Shown: piece by piece, positions 40,768 through 55,816 of the stretch
Layout of the letters: every line of letters starts with the position of its first letter
Numbering within the stretch: position 1 is the stretch's first letter
NCBI GenBank assembly: GCA_964304625.1
Contig: OZ199840.1
Coordinates: 383,912-447,911 of the forward strand
Origin: Kudoa neothunni
Lineage: Eukaryota > Animalia > Cnidaria
Direction: 5' to 3'
Length of the DNA: 64,000 nucleotides
Notes under the pieces: model-generated
Database searches by the model: none
What the model saw: the letters and a program-made list of their open reading frames with translations, nothing else
Told to the model about the DNA's origin: nothing
Made by a program: the position numbers and the translations under genes

Positions 40768-42237
40768 CAGTGTTTCCCCTCAGGTGGTGCGAGATTCATT
40801 CATAAATAATTTTAAAAATTAATCTTAATTTATTCACTTCGTAATTTTCGTTGGTCCTCCTTTAAATAATGTAAGGACGTAATGTGTGTAATAACATTAT
40901 TGGTTGTTTTGATATCAAATAATTTCTATTCAAAAATGGGATATGATAATTTATTTTAATTGATTCTACGAAATAGCGCAATAAGAAAATAGTTAATATT
41001 AAGCCTGTTCAGCTTACAAAATCTAACTATCGCTATTTTCATGTAAAATCGTAACTTTATTATCTTTTTAAATAACATATTTATATGATTGAGCTGTAAT
41101 TAGGTTGTCAGCATTTTTATCTACGTAGAAATAATCTATATACGTGAAAATAAAACCACGATGCAGTTTTAACTTTGTCTTCTGTCTAAATTTGAGATGC
41201 GTCATTTAATTTCACAGTTTTTATTATGTTACGTTTCAAGTTAACTTTCAAATTTGTACCTTTCCTCTTACATAAATATAAGTTAAATTGTTCTTTAAAG
41301 TATAGGTAAAACAAGGATCAAAGCATTCATTTATACACATAAATAAATGAGTGTCAATTTTAACAATATATATTAGTTATTTTATTCAAGTATATTTAGA
41401 AGGCATACTTTTTGAATCTACTGAATTTTACCTAACCCACTGCCTCAAAATTTAAGTTAACATATGACTCAATATAGAATAAGGAAGTCGCTAGATTTAG
41501 CCAGTACAAGATAGCATATGAAACAAGCTTATCGACTTCAATATATACAAATAATAAGTATCGGAAATCTTTAAATCCCGAAAACGATTTTCATGTTTCG
41601 TAGTCCAACAAATTGTCCTGCTTTTTTTTATTTATGAAAACCCAACGAGAGCGAGAAAATCGCCAGATCAAATAAACACTAAATAACAATTGATTTTGAA
41701 ATAATGTTTCTTATGAATTATACGAATTGGCTATTTTTATTTGGTTCATTTAATTTTCACCTTTAAATATAGGACTTATTTAGGCGACATTACTTTTTAT
41801 AGTTTAGTATTGCATTTATATTGATTTTTACATCTTATATTTTGGAATAATTATAATAACATAATTTATTAGAATTATTTATTGCTTTACATAAAAATGG
41901 TATTTGTAATCAGTAGTGAATAATAACTCCAATCATTGAATATTAAGTCATGAGTAGTGAAAAGATAATGTTCATCCTTTTTCAATTATACATGGCAAAT
42001 TGAGTTAACCAAAACATTTTGGTTTTAATTTATTTTAGAAATAAATGAGAAAATTCGGAGTTAAATTATAAACTAAAATAAAAAATTTTATTTTAAGACA
42101 TTTTTCATTGGTATTATTATTTTCCAATTTAAATAAAAAGTATAATTGAGTCTTGACATTCACATGAAGGAGGGGGTGCGAAGTGAACGATGAAATTAGA
42201 ATGGAGGTACGGTTGTAAAATTTGCAGGGAAACACTG
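40768..42237. mobile_element. Non-autonomous hAT-like element; a second truncated copy lies at 55817-56530
   Basis: TIRs CAGTGTTTCCC at both ends. 40795-41430 is collinear with 55885-56530. It follows a piggyBac-like end (TTAA-CCCTCG at ~40688). TSD only partial. Confidence 0.7.
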
Positions 42238-42573
42238 CGTTTATTTTAAGAAATAATACGAAAATAATATTTTTCGCATTATATTTTAACTATACTAAAT
42301 CATATGATAAAATAATGACCTTGTTTTATTTAACATTACATTACCGTAATAAATGAGCAACCTCATTACTGTGAGCAATTTTATCGCGGGACGATGAGTG
42401 GCGTTGAGATGTCAAATGGTAAATACGAATGTCAGATGAAATTTTGGAGATTGTTGAAACCGATACCTTCACAACTAGTCAAAATTAGATCACCTTGAGC
42501 TTAATCAAACCTGTTGTCTCTAAAACATCAGCTGAAAATATAATGAACTCGCATCCCTGTCCGAAGGCTTATT

Positions 42574-44544
42574 GGTAATGGTATAGTGTATAGCTCCCAA
42601 AATAAAGCCTGTTGCGCAACTATAATCTTCCCGATTTTATTAAAAATTGAATAATCGCAATTTTAAATATAGAAAAACTTTAAATTAGTTTAAAATTACA
42701 ATTAAAAAATTTTTGTACTAATTTCCGTTCGGCTCATATCGACGCACGCGTACTAGAATGTGCATATAACATTGATGTAGTTTTCTACTCGTTATTTACT
42801 TAATAATGAATTGTTAACTTAATTTTCATTAAATTATTATTTTTTCGTGATATTTCTACCTTGTGGTAGCAGGTTTTGGTAGGAATCAGCATTATTACGT
42901 ACGAAGAATATGTAAAATCAATTAATACTTTTATTGCTTTCTAAAGTTTATTTAAATTTACAATTTGAATAAAATTTAAGTTCCTTGTGAATCCCTGATT
43001 CAATGTACAAGAATAAATGGTGTGTACTTAATCTTCACATTCATCACAATTATAAACATAAAACTCACGGTTTTTAATATATAAACCAAAGTAATAGAAA
43101 TTCGGAGAATGTAGCAATTTCTGGTTAGCGCGTTGTTAGACCGACTCCACACCATGGTGTTAATCAAGAGTCAGCGTCAATTTTAAGGTTTACTGCTTGA
43201 TAGCGAAAAAAACAAACGAAATTCGTAGTCGAGAAAAATTTACTCCGAAGCTTTGTCAAATGCCAAAATTTCCGTGTGCGTAATTCAATAAAAATAAAAA
43301 ATATAATGAAAAGAATAAATAATGATTCATCATCTGAAGATAGCAACCAAATTGTCGAAAAATATTCGTATATATGCTCAAAGTATACCCAAATATCTAT
43401 TGGATTCGTATCTACATGAAGAATGGTTACGATCAATTAACAAAGATTGCTGGGAATTTTTAGATTATATTCATAACAAGATACCAACCCTATACCCGAG
43501 TGACTGATATTTAACCATGAATTAAAATAAGATTTTGTTTGTTTTCAGTATCTTGTTTATTTGCATGAAGTAGGTGGCTATTGAATAATTTAATATTAAT
43601 TTATTCATCTATTTCGATGTACGTATTTAGTATTCAAATTTAAGTTGATGAGAAATTTAGAACCAGACATAATTTGGTATAACATTCAGTATACTTGGGT
43701 TTAATAATTAGTAGTTATGCGATTGTCTATAATTATAATTATAAACTAAACCATATTTGGCTAATGGAGTCACCTGGTTTAAACATAAATTAATTTCTTT
43801 ATCGTTTTTGTGTAAATACAATGTTCTATGGGATATATTTAAGAAATTTGTGAGTACTTTTAAAATCATAAACGACCATTTATGGAGAACTACTTAAAAA
43901 AAGTTCAATATATGTGTATTTAATCATGATATTAATACAATGACACAAGTGAAACTTTATATATTTGATTAAAATCATTCAAAAATACATCATTATATTT
44001 ATTTATATTTCAAAAACCTTTTTTCTTTATTATTGCCTCATTAAATCGAATCAATGACGTAAGATACTATATGTGATCCATTTGTTTGTTGCATAATTTA
44101 CTGTATACACATTACATAAGGAATTAAAAAATGTATAAACTAGAAATTTTTTTAAATGAATGTTATATATAGGTATGTGAAACAAAAGTTACACCTATCG
44201 TCTTATTTTGCCAAAAGAGACATTTTATCATAAATCACTCGAATAATACTACCACAAGGTAAAAGTATCATGAAAAAATAATAATTTAATGAAATTTAAA
44301 TTTAAAAGTCATTATTAAGTAAATAACAAGTAGAAAACTACATCAATGTTGCATGCGCATTCTAGTGCGCGTGTCTCGATATGAGCCGAACGAAAATTAG
44401 TACAAAAATTTTTTAATTGTAATTTTAAACTAATTTAAAGTTTTTCTATATTTAAAATTGCGATTATTCAATTTTTAATAAAATCGGGAAGATTATAGTT
44501 GCGCAACAGGCTTTATTTTAGGAGCTATACACTATACCATTACC
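42574..44544 (+). mobile_element. Merlin-derived element with ~295 bp TIRs
   Basis: 42574-42868 is the reverse complement of ~44250-44544. Begins GGTAA (Merlin GGNRM consensus). 8-bp TSD GGCTTATT/GGTTTATT. Internal peptide YLLDSYLHEEWLR..WEFLDYI..YP resembles the Merlin transposase C-terminus. Confidence 0.8.
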
Positions 44545-47500
44545 GGTTTATTTTAAAGTTAATTTATATAAAATTGATGTATCTCAATAGTAAAAAATCT
44601 AAATAGTAATAATAAATAACTTTTAAGTTAAAAACTAGGAAAGAAACAAAATAATTCAATGTTTGTTCAAAAATGATACAGATTACACGTGTATCCGACT
44701 GCTTTCGGATGAAAAATTCTTAAAATTTTTAAGTTATTATTTTGAGCTGAATTTTCGCACTCCATATTCATTTATTTTATTATGAACAATTACGAAAAAA
44801 GAAATATGGGATAACGTGTGTAAAGCGGCGTTTTTTAGGTGTCGCATACTTTACCATTACCACTGTGGCCGTGATTCGTGATAAAAAAGTATTAAGAACA
44901 TACTTTAAATCATGAAAAATTACGCTAATTTATTTAAATTCAATAATTACAAAAAAAACCCAAGCAGTGGACACCCTGGTGGAAAGAGACGCTATCATGA
45001 AACAAACTAAAATTACCAAATATTTCTCTCGGAAATAATTTATTCGATTTTTCATTTAAACACATTAAATTTATTTTCCATTATTTTATAATAAAAATTT
45101 TTTTGAATGAATGAATAGGTAGCAATAACAAATAAATTTTCTTATAGGCCGTGCATTAAAGGTATGTAGAACCCGACGTGACCGATTTCACGCACTTTTT
45201 CCCTGGTTCCTGAGGAAGTGCGTGAAACCAGTTACCTACTGTATATACTTTTCAACTATTTAAGGTTTAATTTAGTAGCCATGTATAGTTTGATTTCCGT
45301 TAGGCAGATTCAACGAAAAAATGTTGAGATTTCACGTAATAATCTTCAAACGTTTAGTGTTATTTTTTTCACAACCAATAATTTGAAATTTATGTTTAAT
45401 TAATGTAAGTCTTATTGTTAGTGAAAAAACATGAAATTTTTTAAATTAGACTGAAATCGAATTATATAATGTATATTTATATCATAGGAGATTTTGATAA
45501 ATCTTAATTTTTTAATTAATTTCGAGATTTTTCAAAATTATCAAATATCGGAAATGGTAATGATATCTAAAAAAGAAATTTTATGGCCTATAACCTGGTT
45601 TTCAGTAAATGTAAGAATTTAATATTTTTCCTCATTTGGGAAATTTATGGGATTAACTTATTTTAATTTATTTAACAACAAAGTAGTAACGTTTTTATCA
45701 TCTAAACTCATCCTAAAAGCCTTAGAGTAATCATATTTTTACACAAAACTCCACCTATGTATGATGTATGATAGGTGTCTAAATATAAAATTTAACAGTT
45801 AAAAACTTACTTGATTACTTACATTATTTATTAGGTTTTTTATTAATAAAAACATAATTTACAGATTAATTTGTATTAAGTATCGTTAATTTCCTGGAGA
45901 ATTGCTTATTCTCTTTGGTGCAAAAAATATATCTACAATATTCACTTGTTTGCTTTATCTCATTGTTTCATCTAAACAAACGTTTACAGGTAAAAGTATT
46001 AACTATAAACTTTGTGGTCCTAATGTGATGACTCTAAAAAAATTATATCATTCCGAAAGCTTGATACCACTATGATCCTATAAGAGTGGTTTCATTTAGG
46101 GTTATTCAAACGTTTTGAAGGCCGAGTGAAAGTCACGGATTTCATATCATTCATAAATATTAAGAGCTTCATTGCCGACAAAGAAAAATGTGAAGATTGG
46201 TTCAAAAATTATAATCAATGCCGATATAGGCGTTAATAAACAGTAATTCAATGCATTATAATTTAGCTTAGTTCGCCGTTTTCGATTAGAATCGATTTTA
46301 GTCGTCTAATTTTTAAAATACATTCGACGTTTATTTGTGGATAACATTCGAAATCTGTCGAAAAATTTGAAATTGGTAGTAAGCGGAGAGAAATTGATAG
46401 TTTTCTTGATGAATAGATCGACTTAGAGAAAGTGGAAAATGAAGTCTCCTGTAAATATCTCAAGTGAAATTTTGTTTACAACAAAATAGAATTTAGGAGA
46501 AATAAAGTCAAAGAAATATTTCTTGTCAAAACAAGCATTTCTAGACACTTCTTTGACAATTACTTTTTAAAGATCGCAAAAAATGAAAAAAATAAGATAA
46601 ATTTGGTTTCCTTTATTTTTCTTGGTGTTCCTCCGTTGTCATTATTTGATTAAAAAAAGTCTGTTGTGTGATTTTATTCAATTTTTTTAAATGTCTGGTT
46701 CCACCAACATGCGCTTACGCACTTGTGAACCAATCAAAATAAACGTCGATTTTACTCGCCGAACTTTTTTAAAATAACTTTTGATACAGCGACCTCTAAT
46801 TATAATCTTTCCAAAATGGAAATCATGCTGACTCTTTTCATGAGAAATCTAACATTTTCGACATTACTTATATATAAAAGTGACGTTAACATTAATATTT
46901 TAAAGACAAAAATAATAACTATAAAATAGAGAAAATAAATGCATAATGATAATTTAAGTGTAACCCCGGGTATAATTTAAAGTAAATCATAAGTTTTCCA
47001 CTCAACATCATTAAATTTTTAATCTCATAAATTCTGTAATAAATTGTAACATATTCTAAAAAATTACGCATGGATATCAATATTCTTTGGATTATAGGGT
47101 CATAAGGACTGAAGCTTCCTCTCAAACGTGAACTCGTGGGTAAAGAACTTAGACACTACTTACATATATGTCTTGTAGATATAGGATTTCCGATAATATA
47201 TTAATATAGAAATGATGAAAATGCGAATGAATAATAAATAAAAAATCATTGGAATTGTATGAGGAAAATTAAATAATCCAATTTATATGATAAGTATTAT
47301 TTGACTAGAGTTCTGCACAGTCATTACATGCAATGACCAAAGCCTCATTTACATTTTATTTAAAAACAACTTTATACGACATCTGATTTAGCACGTAAAT
47401 TCAGATATTATTTTGGGTCAATAAATTAGAGTTATAAATAAATATATATATATATATATATATATAAATGAAATAATATGTAAAAATAACTTAAGTTTAT

Positions 47501-47573
47501 TAGTTGATAAAGTCAAAAATTTTATAACAGGCTTAATATTAATAATTGCATAGACTGTCTCGTATGGACGTTA

Positions 47574-49116
47574 TTAGGCTTTTTCTTCGGCTTCTTCGTC
47601 TTCGTCTCTGTCTTCGTCTCCATCACTTGGACTATCTGGCCCCTCAACTTGATCTTCAGGTGTCGCTTCAGCAACGTCAGCACCTTTTGAGTCAGGTAAG
47701 GTGTCGGAAGAGGTTGATGCAGGTTCTTCGTTACTTTCAGAAGTTGTAGTAGTAGTAGTTTCTGTTGTGGTTGCCGGAGTAGTTGTTGTTTCGAGTAAAG
47801 CAACTTCATTGACTCCATCAATGCAAATGTAATTGCAAAGAGCTTCACTTTCAAAGTTGTTCGCATTCCCACCAATTCCAGTATATGCAAATCTTTTACA
47901 TACCTTTTCTGTATCATCATAATACCATCTTGGTAGTGTGCTTGCCTCATTTCCATTACCAGATTCTTTTGGTTCGCTGCATACAGACGGGATATCGGGA
48001 AAATTGGCTTCTATTGGATCGTCGTTAACTTTAAACGTTAAATTATATAATTCTAACTAATAAAAGGAGCATACGAGCAGGGCAGGCACTAATACATTCT
48101 CCAGCTGTATCGAAGTAATTTTTTGTTGAATCTACTTCAATATCAACAGCCGACATTTGCATACAGAATTTATTTGATGAATTATAATAATATTTTGTCG
48201 TTATATGCCCTTCGGTTGTTGGTTGGTATGGGGCAGATTCACATCTTTTAGTTGCTGCAGCATCAGCTATGTTTATTTATTCAGCTTAATTAATTAATTT
48301 ATTTTTATTACCATGACACTTCTTTTGGCATTGAGAAAATGACTTGAAGACACCACGTAAGCCATCTGTTTTGTCTACTATCGCATGGACACATGTAGAC
48401 TTTTCACTGTCGCGTACAATCTTGATTTCCATTGCAGTAGCCGTATTTGAAGTTAAAATAGCCCCTACTTCGCAGTCAACTTTGTTAGGTACTGCGTAGG
48501 TATCCGTGGCTAATTTAATTTAAGAAAATAAAAATGAATAATGCATTACTTATGCACATGCCTTTGCATGCATCTTCACTTGGAAACGAGTATTTTGGCT
48601 CATTGCACCCTTTATATTGATATGTGTGACAAGTTCCTGCTGCACTTGCTGCTCCTTTTTTGAAATAATATTTTTCGACCGCTGTTTTGCTGCAGACATT
48701 AAATTTGTTCTCCCCATTGTTCGCAAGGTCAGCGCTCGGACCAGGGGTGTCGGTTGCCTGGCAAGCACCAACCCGACTCGCGTAATCATATTCAACTAAA
48801 TTATCGTAGAAATATAAAATAAACTGTAATATTACGTTCTTTGTTGCACTCTTTTAACGATGCGAAATTATTGAAGTTAGATCCGCCGGCTCCTCTGTAC
48901 GGAAATTGTTTGCAAGTAGCTGTAGCTTTATCAAGGTAATATCTGATAGGATAAGATTTTAAATGAATCCTATGATTTTTTGTAGCATCAAAATCATATT
49001 TTGTATCCGCTATAATTCAGTATAGTGGGTGATTTTATATTTTAATTACCATCGAGATAACAAAGAGGTATGCAGGTTGAAAGAATATAGATCAAGGTTT
49101 GTCTATAAATCTTCAT
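47574..49116 (-). CDS. Secreted five-Kunitz-domain protein with acidic tail (6 exons, apparently intact)
   Basis: MKIYRQTLIYILSTCIPLCYLD signal exon; same introns and domains as 26815-28356; tail ends ...GDEDRDEDEEAEEKA-stop at 47574. The ORF-track entries here are wrong-frame shadows. Confidence 0.88.
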
Positions 49117-50009
49117 GTTTTTAGTTATCTAAAATCCCTACTGTATGAGGAGGACTAAAAAATATGTTATTTTATTCGTGAATGAATTTATTGATTATTT
49201 TGGAAATAGTCGGTTCGACTACTATACTATCAATGAATGGATTGAACCTATCATTTGAATACATCAATAACAAAATAGATTGGAGTCGGTAGTCAATCAT
49301 TCATGTGATAACTAATAAGCATCTAAATTATCATAGTTCGCATTTTTTATAATATTTATCGTTAAATATGTTTATTCTTTTTCTATTTAAATCTTTAGAC
49401 GAAAATTTTTAATCAAATGCTTTGTTTTTAAGGAAATTATAGTAATTATTCAAACATAATCAACCGTATTTTAAATATAATATTTACCATAGATCAAATA
49501 TTTATTTTTCCCAATTAAAAATTTTTTGTTGTGTTTATCGATTGTTTAGTAAAAAATATAACAAAAAGAATTTATTTAGTATGATTTAATTTAACCTTCC
49601 GAGCGCCTGAAAATCGACTTTACACATTCCTTCTTTTGGGATCCAATGAACCCGAATTTTTTAGCTTGAATTATGGATAAATATGTTATAAATAATTTAT
49701 TAATCCACTAACGATCCAGAATTCGATACCCCACTAAGGTTTTTGGAGGTGTAATTAACCCCACATTTTTATTTGTGAAATATATGCAAAAAATTACAAA
49801 AACGTTATTTGTATATTATAAAGCAAATCTATTGGGAGGAACCCCTATAAATACATAACGATATATGCGCATTAATCCCACCCTAATCCGATTTATTATA
49901 CTTATACGCACTATTCGTATTTACTCGTTAGTTGAGATATAACATTAATTTGTTGTTCTAGGAGTACTGGCCGATTATACATGAATCCCAAGATTCTATT
50001 GATACAATT

Positions 50010-51210
50010 ATGTCTTCCTTTTGTAGACTAATGAATGAAGTGACCATCACAGAAGTGGTTTTTGTTGGTAAGAATTTCACAGAAATGACCTCTATAGAGA
50101 AATCCCCACCTAATGCTAGAATGGTATTGTGTTCCTATCACGTTGAAGATTCGATGATTAAAAAAATTAAATCACTTGGATATAACCAACTTAGCTTACA
50201 ATGAGAAAAATAAAACTTTTTTCAAAAAAGATCATTTATTGCACAACTTGGGGTGAATTTCTTTTTTACGTACAAGAAATCAAGGGAATAAATGATCCTT
50301 ATTTCTCCTACCTCGTTAAATTTTTGTTGAAAAATCCGGAGATGTGGGCCCAATATTTGAGGAAAAACGCATTAACTGTTAGTTCCAACACAAATAATAG
50401 AGTTGAACAGGATCACGGTAAACAAAAAAGTTTCTTATCAAAATATTATTCGTTTCTGGTCCAAATTGATGAGATTCTGCGGTATGTACGCGAATTAGAA
50501 AACGTATTTAACATCAAACAAAAACAACTATCCAGGCAAACTTTAAAAATATCAGATGACCCAATGTGTAATAGACTTTTAAGTTGTTACTCACCATATG
50601 GTGTGGAAAAAGTTATGGATAATTATAAATCTGAGGAGTTTATCACATTGTGAGAACTTAGTTCTAATTAGTTTGTCCATCTGTTGTCTAACTCTGCTAT
50701 GGATACTAAAATTAATGGATCATTGATTTGTGACTCTCCCTTTTCTATCAACATAAACTACCGTGTGCCCATCTATTAAATTTGATCAAAATACATATCA
50801 TAAACATTGATTCATTTATTATTCCACGATGGGCCCTTACAAATATATATCTCCAAACTTCGTTGGACTCCTTTTCAAAACAAGACTGATACAATGAAAG
50901 ATAATTCATCTGATACAATTATTAATGATTAAGAACTGAATGAATCGATTCCTGTTTCTGAGGAATTTGAGACAACCGACAAAAATAATATTAAAAATAA
51001 CAAAGAATTGGCGGACAAACTGTTACATACATTAAATGCACTTGGAGGCAATGAGGATTTCAATTTATTCAAAGACTATCTCATTATTGGAAAAATATAA
51101 ACGAAACAGAATGTGATTTTATGAAAATGCCGCTAGACGTTGGAAGATCGTCTCATTTTGTAGTTAATGAAGTTAAAACCAAAGGAGACCCAAGGAAAAA
51201 ACAAATTATG
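50010..51210 (+). mobile_element. MULE (Mutator-like) transposase remnant with SWIM finger
   Basis: MVLCSYHV, SNTNNRVEQDHGKQK, degenerate SWIM (CDSP...LPCAHL); stops and frameshifts. Confidence 0.7.
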
Positions 51211-51502
51211 TGAAATTTAAAAAATAATTTTAATAATGATTAATTACATATGAAAAAATATATTTTTTTGGTATTATAAACAAGGATTCACAAACAATAA
51301 CAACTTGATTAACAGGAAGCGGTAGATTAATAGAGATTAGTAGAGTTATTGTCTTATGTCTGAAATGTCTCATTCTTCTCAAGGGGCTGCAACCGTAACA
51401 GTGTTAATGATTTTTGTCTTATTATTCGTAGCACAACACGCAAAACGAAAGAAATAAAAATTATCCTTCAATCCTCCGCGTATGCACCAATGTCGTTGCA
51501 AG

Positions 51503-52070
51503 CAGGGCTGCCAGCGAGGTTTTAGAAAAAACCCAAGGTCGTGAAAAACGCTAATCTAAAATACAACAAAAATAGAATCGTATCTATTAAAGTTTTTAAT
51601 CATCCTCCGAGTCTTTAATTACGTCTACAGACATTAAATTTAAATTTATCGTCTTATAATTGCAATTTATTGACGGGAACACTCACTCAAACTTAATGTT
51701 TAATATAGATTAATATGTTCACAATGAATTAATCAATTTATAGTTCAAGATATATTTTGAAATAACGTTAAATTTTTTAATTATGTGCGACGATGTTAAC
51801 TGAACAATTGTGTAATCGTGTCCTTTAAATAATCTATTGTGCTGTAGTTCAATATCGTAAATGTTTAAACCCTGCACGATATCATGGGAATAGAATACGT
51901 TATTAGAGATATAAATATTAATGTCGCACATAATAAAATTTGTGTTATTATTCAATATTTACAGGTTTTTAATAAAAACCCAAGATTTTGTAAAAAATGA
52001 AACTCCCAAGAACCCAAGGTGACTAATAAAATCCCAAGATCTTGGGGAAAAACCCAAGACCTGATAGCAG
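51503..52070. mobile_element. hAT-like MITE truncating the adjacent piggyBac
   Basis: Left end CAGGGCTGCCAG; repeated AACCCAAG subterminal motifs at both ends; right end degenerate. Confidence 0.45.
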
Positions 52071-52076
52071 AAGACT

Positions 52077-53748
52077 CTAACCAACCAACTCAAGGGAAAA
52101 ACTGAGGGACCATCTTCTAGTTGCCCTAGCACACGAATACAATCTGGTCATACGGTCACCATTGTCCATGCTCCTTTTTTGTTTGGTTATAGTGCATAAT
52201 TGTCTGGGGTCTTTTTCTGTCACCTGATTCAATTTCAGAGTCAAGGTGTTCCGTAGATAAGAATACCACGTTGCGATTTTGGGGGGGGGGGGGGGGGGGC
52301 GTGTGAAACAAGAGTTAGATGGCCAGAGTAACAAAAAACCGAATATATTTCTTGGTAATCATTTTCATCCTAAATTTTTGGTGGAATATATGTATTATTC
52401 CGTCTCATTGTACCAGTTAAGGTGTTGTTGTCCAATAGAAAAAGCGTATGTGGGACAGAAGTAAAAAATTTAGCTGTAGTGAGTTCTCTACAAATTCCAT
52501 AATATGGCTCCATTAATCTTTTACGACTCGTTCACCTTGTTTAACTTCTCTTGCTCCACCAACTTTTCCCAAATATGGTTGAATATTTAGGAGATACGAA
52601 ATCTTTCCATTAGCGGGCACCATACCTTCATACCATATCGTTGTGGTTTATTTTTCACATATAAACGAAAGGAGGCAGTTACCTTTAAACCCAAACATTC
52701 TTTCGTCGACAATGAAATACTTGTCTGGAGATTAGTTTTTGCGAAAGGATAAATTCACAATGTCGAAGATTTCAAGAACGGCCTCTAGTTTGTCCCAGAT
52801 GTACTGACTCTCTCAAGGCGAGTTGTCCTATCATCGAACCGTAACATGCGACAAATTAAGTTAAACCTATCTCTTGAGGGAGTCGCTGAAAAAAACATTT
52901 TTTAAATAATGGTTTGGTATCCCAAATCTATTTAAGAGATAACTTTGTTCCATCGCATCGGACGGATGCAATAAAAATGCCTTAATAGGTTTTTAATTTG
53001 TCCATTGTGATCAACTTCTCATTTATATATTTGTTATTACACAAGCAATATTTATTCGTGTAATACAATACGTTTTTAAGCTCCACGTCTGAGAAGAACA
53101 GTGAGAATGAGAACCAGGTTTAGCATTAATCATATTGTAAGACTTTGTTTTTGTCTGTATTCTGTTTGTAAAATCACATTCAAAATTAGATTTTGAGATA
53201 GATATTTCATTAGAAGCCTCAAAATCGTCAAAAGAGTCCGAGGATTCAGTAATATCTTCCTGGGCAGAAGCATCCGATAATCGTCCTTCAAACTCCATAT
53301 CACTGTCTTTTTCATCGTCTAGTTTATTGGCACTTATTAAGTCTTCTGAATTTTCGGAGTACATTATCTGATAAATTAAATTAAACTAGAATGATGAATA
53401 AGTTTCAATACTTTTCAGCAAACAACACGAGTAACAAAAATTCATAAATCATTAATCTCTTGCTAATATCCAAACGAGAATCAGGGTTTATCAGGGCCTA
53501 ACACAGCATACCTTAGTTATTCCCATTTATTGGTTATTTATTAAATTTTATTAACATTTTTTCTATAAAATAACCATAAATTTCTGGAAAGTTTTAAATT
53601 CCATCTAATATTTGTTTCTACAGAAAGGAGTTTTAATTTTTGAATGAAGAGTACACAAAATATGAATTTAATATAAAATCAATTTATATGAAAAAAATGA
53701 ACAATTCTTAAAATGGGGTCCTCACAAACCCCCCTCATCCCCGGAGGG
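52077..53748 (-). mobile_element. piggyBac element, decayed, 3'-truncated
   Basis: Terminus ...CCGGAGGG-TTAA (53749-53752). Motifs VDERMFGFKG, KNKPQRYGMKV, NIQPYLGK, YSCARATRRW. Paralogous to 60750-62795. Confidence 0.85.
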
Positions 53749-54032
53749 TTAATAGCGTAAAAAACTACTTTAATTAATAAAAAAGACGAATATTATTCAA
53801 TGGTGAAATTTATCCAACTCAATTTAATAAATAATTTTACTGAACATAATTTTTAATATGTTTCAACGCTCATAAAATAAAATTATCAATATAAAATCCA
53901 TATAGAGGTTAAAAATAATATAGGTTAATTTAAGTCATTTAAAAAATCACTAAAATTGATTCTAAGTCAAATTATTCAGTAAGCATTGTTAGCTAGATTG
54001 AATTAATCCAGGTAGTAAAGATTAGCCAACAA

Positions 54033-55588
54033 TTACGCTTGTTCTACTTTAGGTTCTGCCTTTTCCGTATCTCCTTGATCATCCCTGTCTTCTGTTTGAT
54101 CACCCACTTCCTCTGCATGATTAACCGCCTCTGCAGGATCAACCACATCTTCCTCATCATCAGCAGATTCTGTCGCGGAATTGGTTGGTGCAGGTTCTTC
54201 GTCACTTTCAGAAACTGTAGTAATCTCAGTAGTAGTTGCTGGGGTTGTTGTTGTTGTTGGTTCGGGTAAAGTAACTTCATTTACACCTTCAATGCAAATG
54301 TAACTGCAAAGAGCTTCACTTTCAAAGTTGTTCGCATTTCCACCAATTCCAGTATATGCAAATCTTTTACACACCTTTTCTTTCTCATCATAATACCATC
54401 TTGGTAATGTGCTTGCTTCATTTCCACTCCCAGGTTCTTTTGGTTCGCTGCATACAATGGGGATATCTGGTAAAGTATTGACCGTTTCATCATCGTTAAC
54501 TTTAATCATTAAATAATATAATTCTAGGTAATAAAAGAAGAATACGAGCAGGACAGGCACTAATACATTCTCCAGCTGTATCGAAATAATTTTTGGTTGA
54601 GTCTACTTCAACATCAACAGCCAACATTTGCAGGCAGAATTTATATGTTGAATTGTAGTAGTATTTGGTTGTTATATGCCCTTCGGTTGTTGGTTGGTAT
54701 GCAGCAGAATTGCATCTTTTAGTTGCGATTTCATCAACTAAGTTTTTTTTATTTAGCTTATTTAATTCTTAATTTTGAATTACTGTGACATTTTTGTCGG
54801 CATTCAGAAAATGACTTAAAGATACCCCGTGTTCCAGTTTTGTCTACTATCGCATGGACACATTTGGACTTTTCCTTGTCACGCACGATCTTGATTTCTG
54901 TTGCAGCAGCTACATTTGTAGTTAATATAGCTCCTACTTCGCAGTCAACTTTGTTGGGTGTTTCGTGGCTTGATTCAGTCGCTAATTTTAATTATAATAT
55001 TGAGTAAATGAAGAAAACCATACTTATGCACATATCTTTGCAATCACTATCACTTGGAAATGAGTATTTAGGTTCATTACATCCCTTATAATTATATTTT
55101 ATGCATTCTGCTGGATTATTGCTTTGTCCTTTTTTGAAGTAATATCTGTCGATAGCTGTTTTTCCGCAAACGTTAAATTCGTTTTGCTTATTTTCATCAA
55201 GGTTATTCTCGGGAGTATCGCTATCCGTGCAAGTACCAACTCGACTCGCGTAGTCATATTCAACTACATTATTATAGAAATATAAAAAAACTATATAATA
55301 CGTTCTTTGTTGCATTCTTCTAACGACGCAAAATTATTGAAGTTAGATCCCCCGGCTCCTCTGTACGAAAAGCTTTTGCATGTAGCTGTATCTTTATGAA
55401 GGTAATATCTGGTAGGAAAAGATTGTAAACGAATCCTATGATTTTTTGTAGCATCAAAATCATATTTTGTATCTGCTAAAATTGTTACGAACGTGATTAC
55501 ATTCGATCAAACTACCAGCGCCAGTGAGAAAAGAAAGAGGGATGTATGCAGAGACAACACAGATAAAGATAGGTAAAAAGACTTTCAT
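54033..55588 (-). CDS. Secreted five-Kunitz-domain protein with acidic tail (6 exons, apparently intact)
   Basis: MKVFLPIFICVVSAYIPLSFLTGA signal exon; five domain exons homologous to 26815-28356; tail ...EKAEPKVEQA-stop. Confidence 0.88.
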
Positions 55589-55816
55589 ACTGGAAGTTAT
55601 TTAAACTACTGACTAGACCAGAAGGATTAAAATTATACTATAATGCTCGTGAATGAAATTATTCGATATGCTGACTTAATGGTTATTTCTCTATTGCATA
55701 TAGCCAATTGAAAAACACAAACGAATCTCTATTCATTTTATAGCATAATAATAAAATTATAGAGGATTATAAATACATGTATTAATCCATTCATTTTTTA
55801 GAATCAACCTATAGTC

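Noticed and set aside
47522-48799. ORF-track proteins such as MEMRQAHYQDG... recurring in several Kunitz copies, as an overlapping gene
   Set aside because: They are alternative frames of the conserved Kunitz exons; recurrence follows from paralogy and their ends are not conserved.
49595-53748. One intact 4.1 kb piggyBac bounded by TTAA-CCTTCCG and CGGAGGG-TTAA carrying MULE cargo
   Set aside because: The terminal match is only ~7 bp, subterminal repeats differ and the duplicate at 60750-62795 lacks this left part; nesting of separate elements is equally likely.
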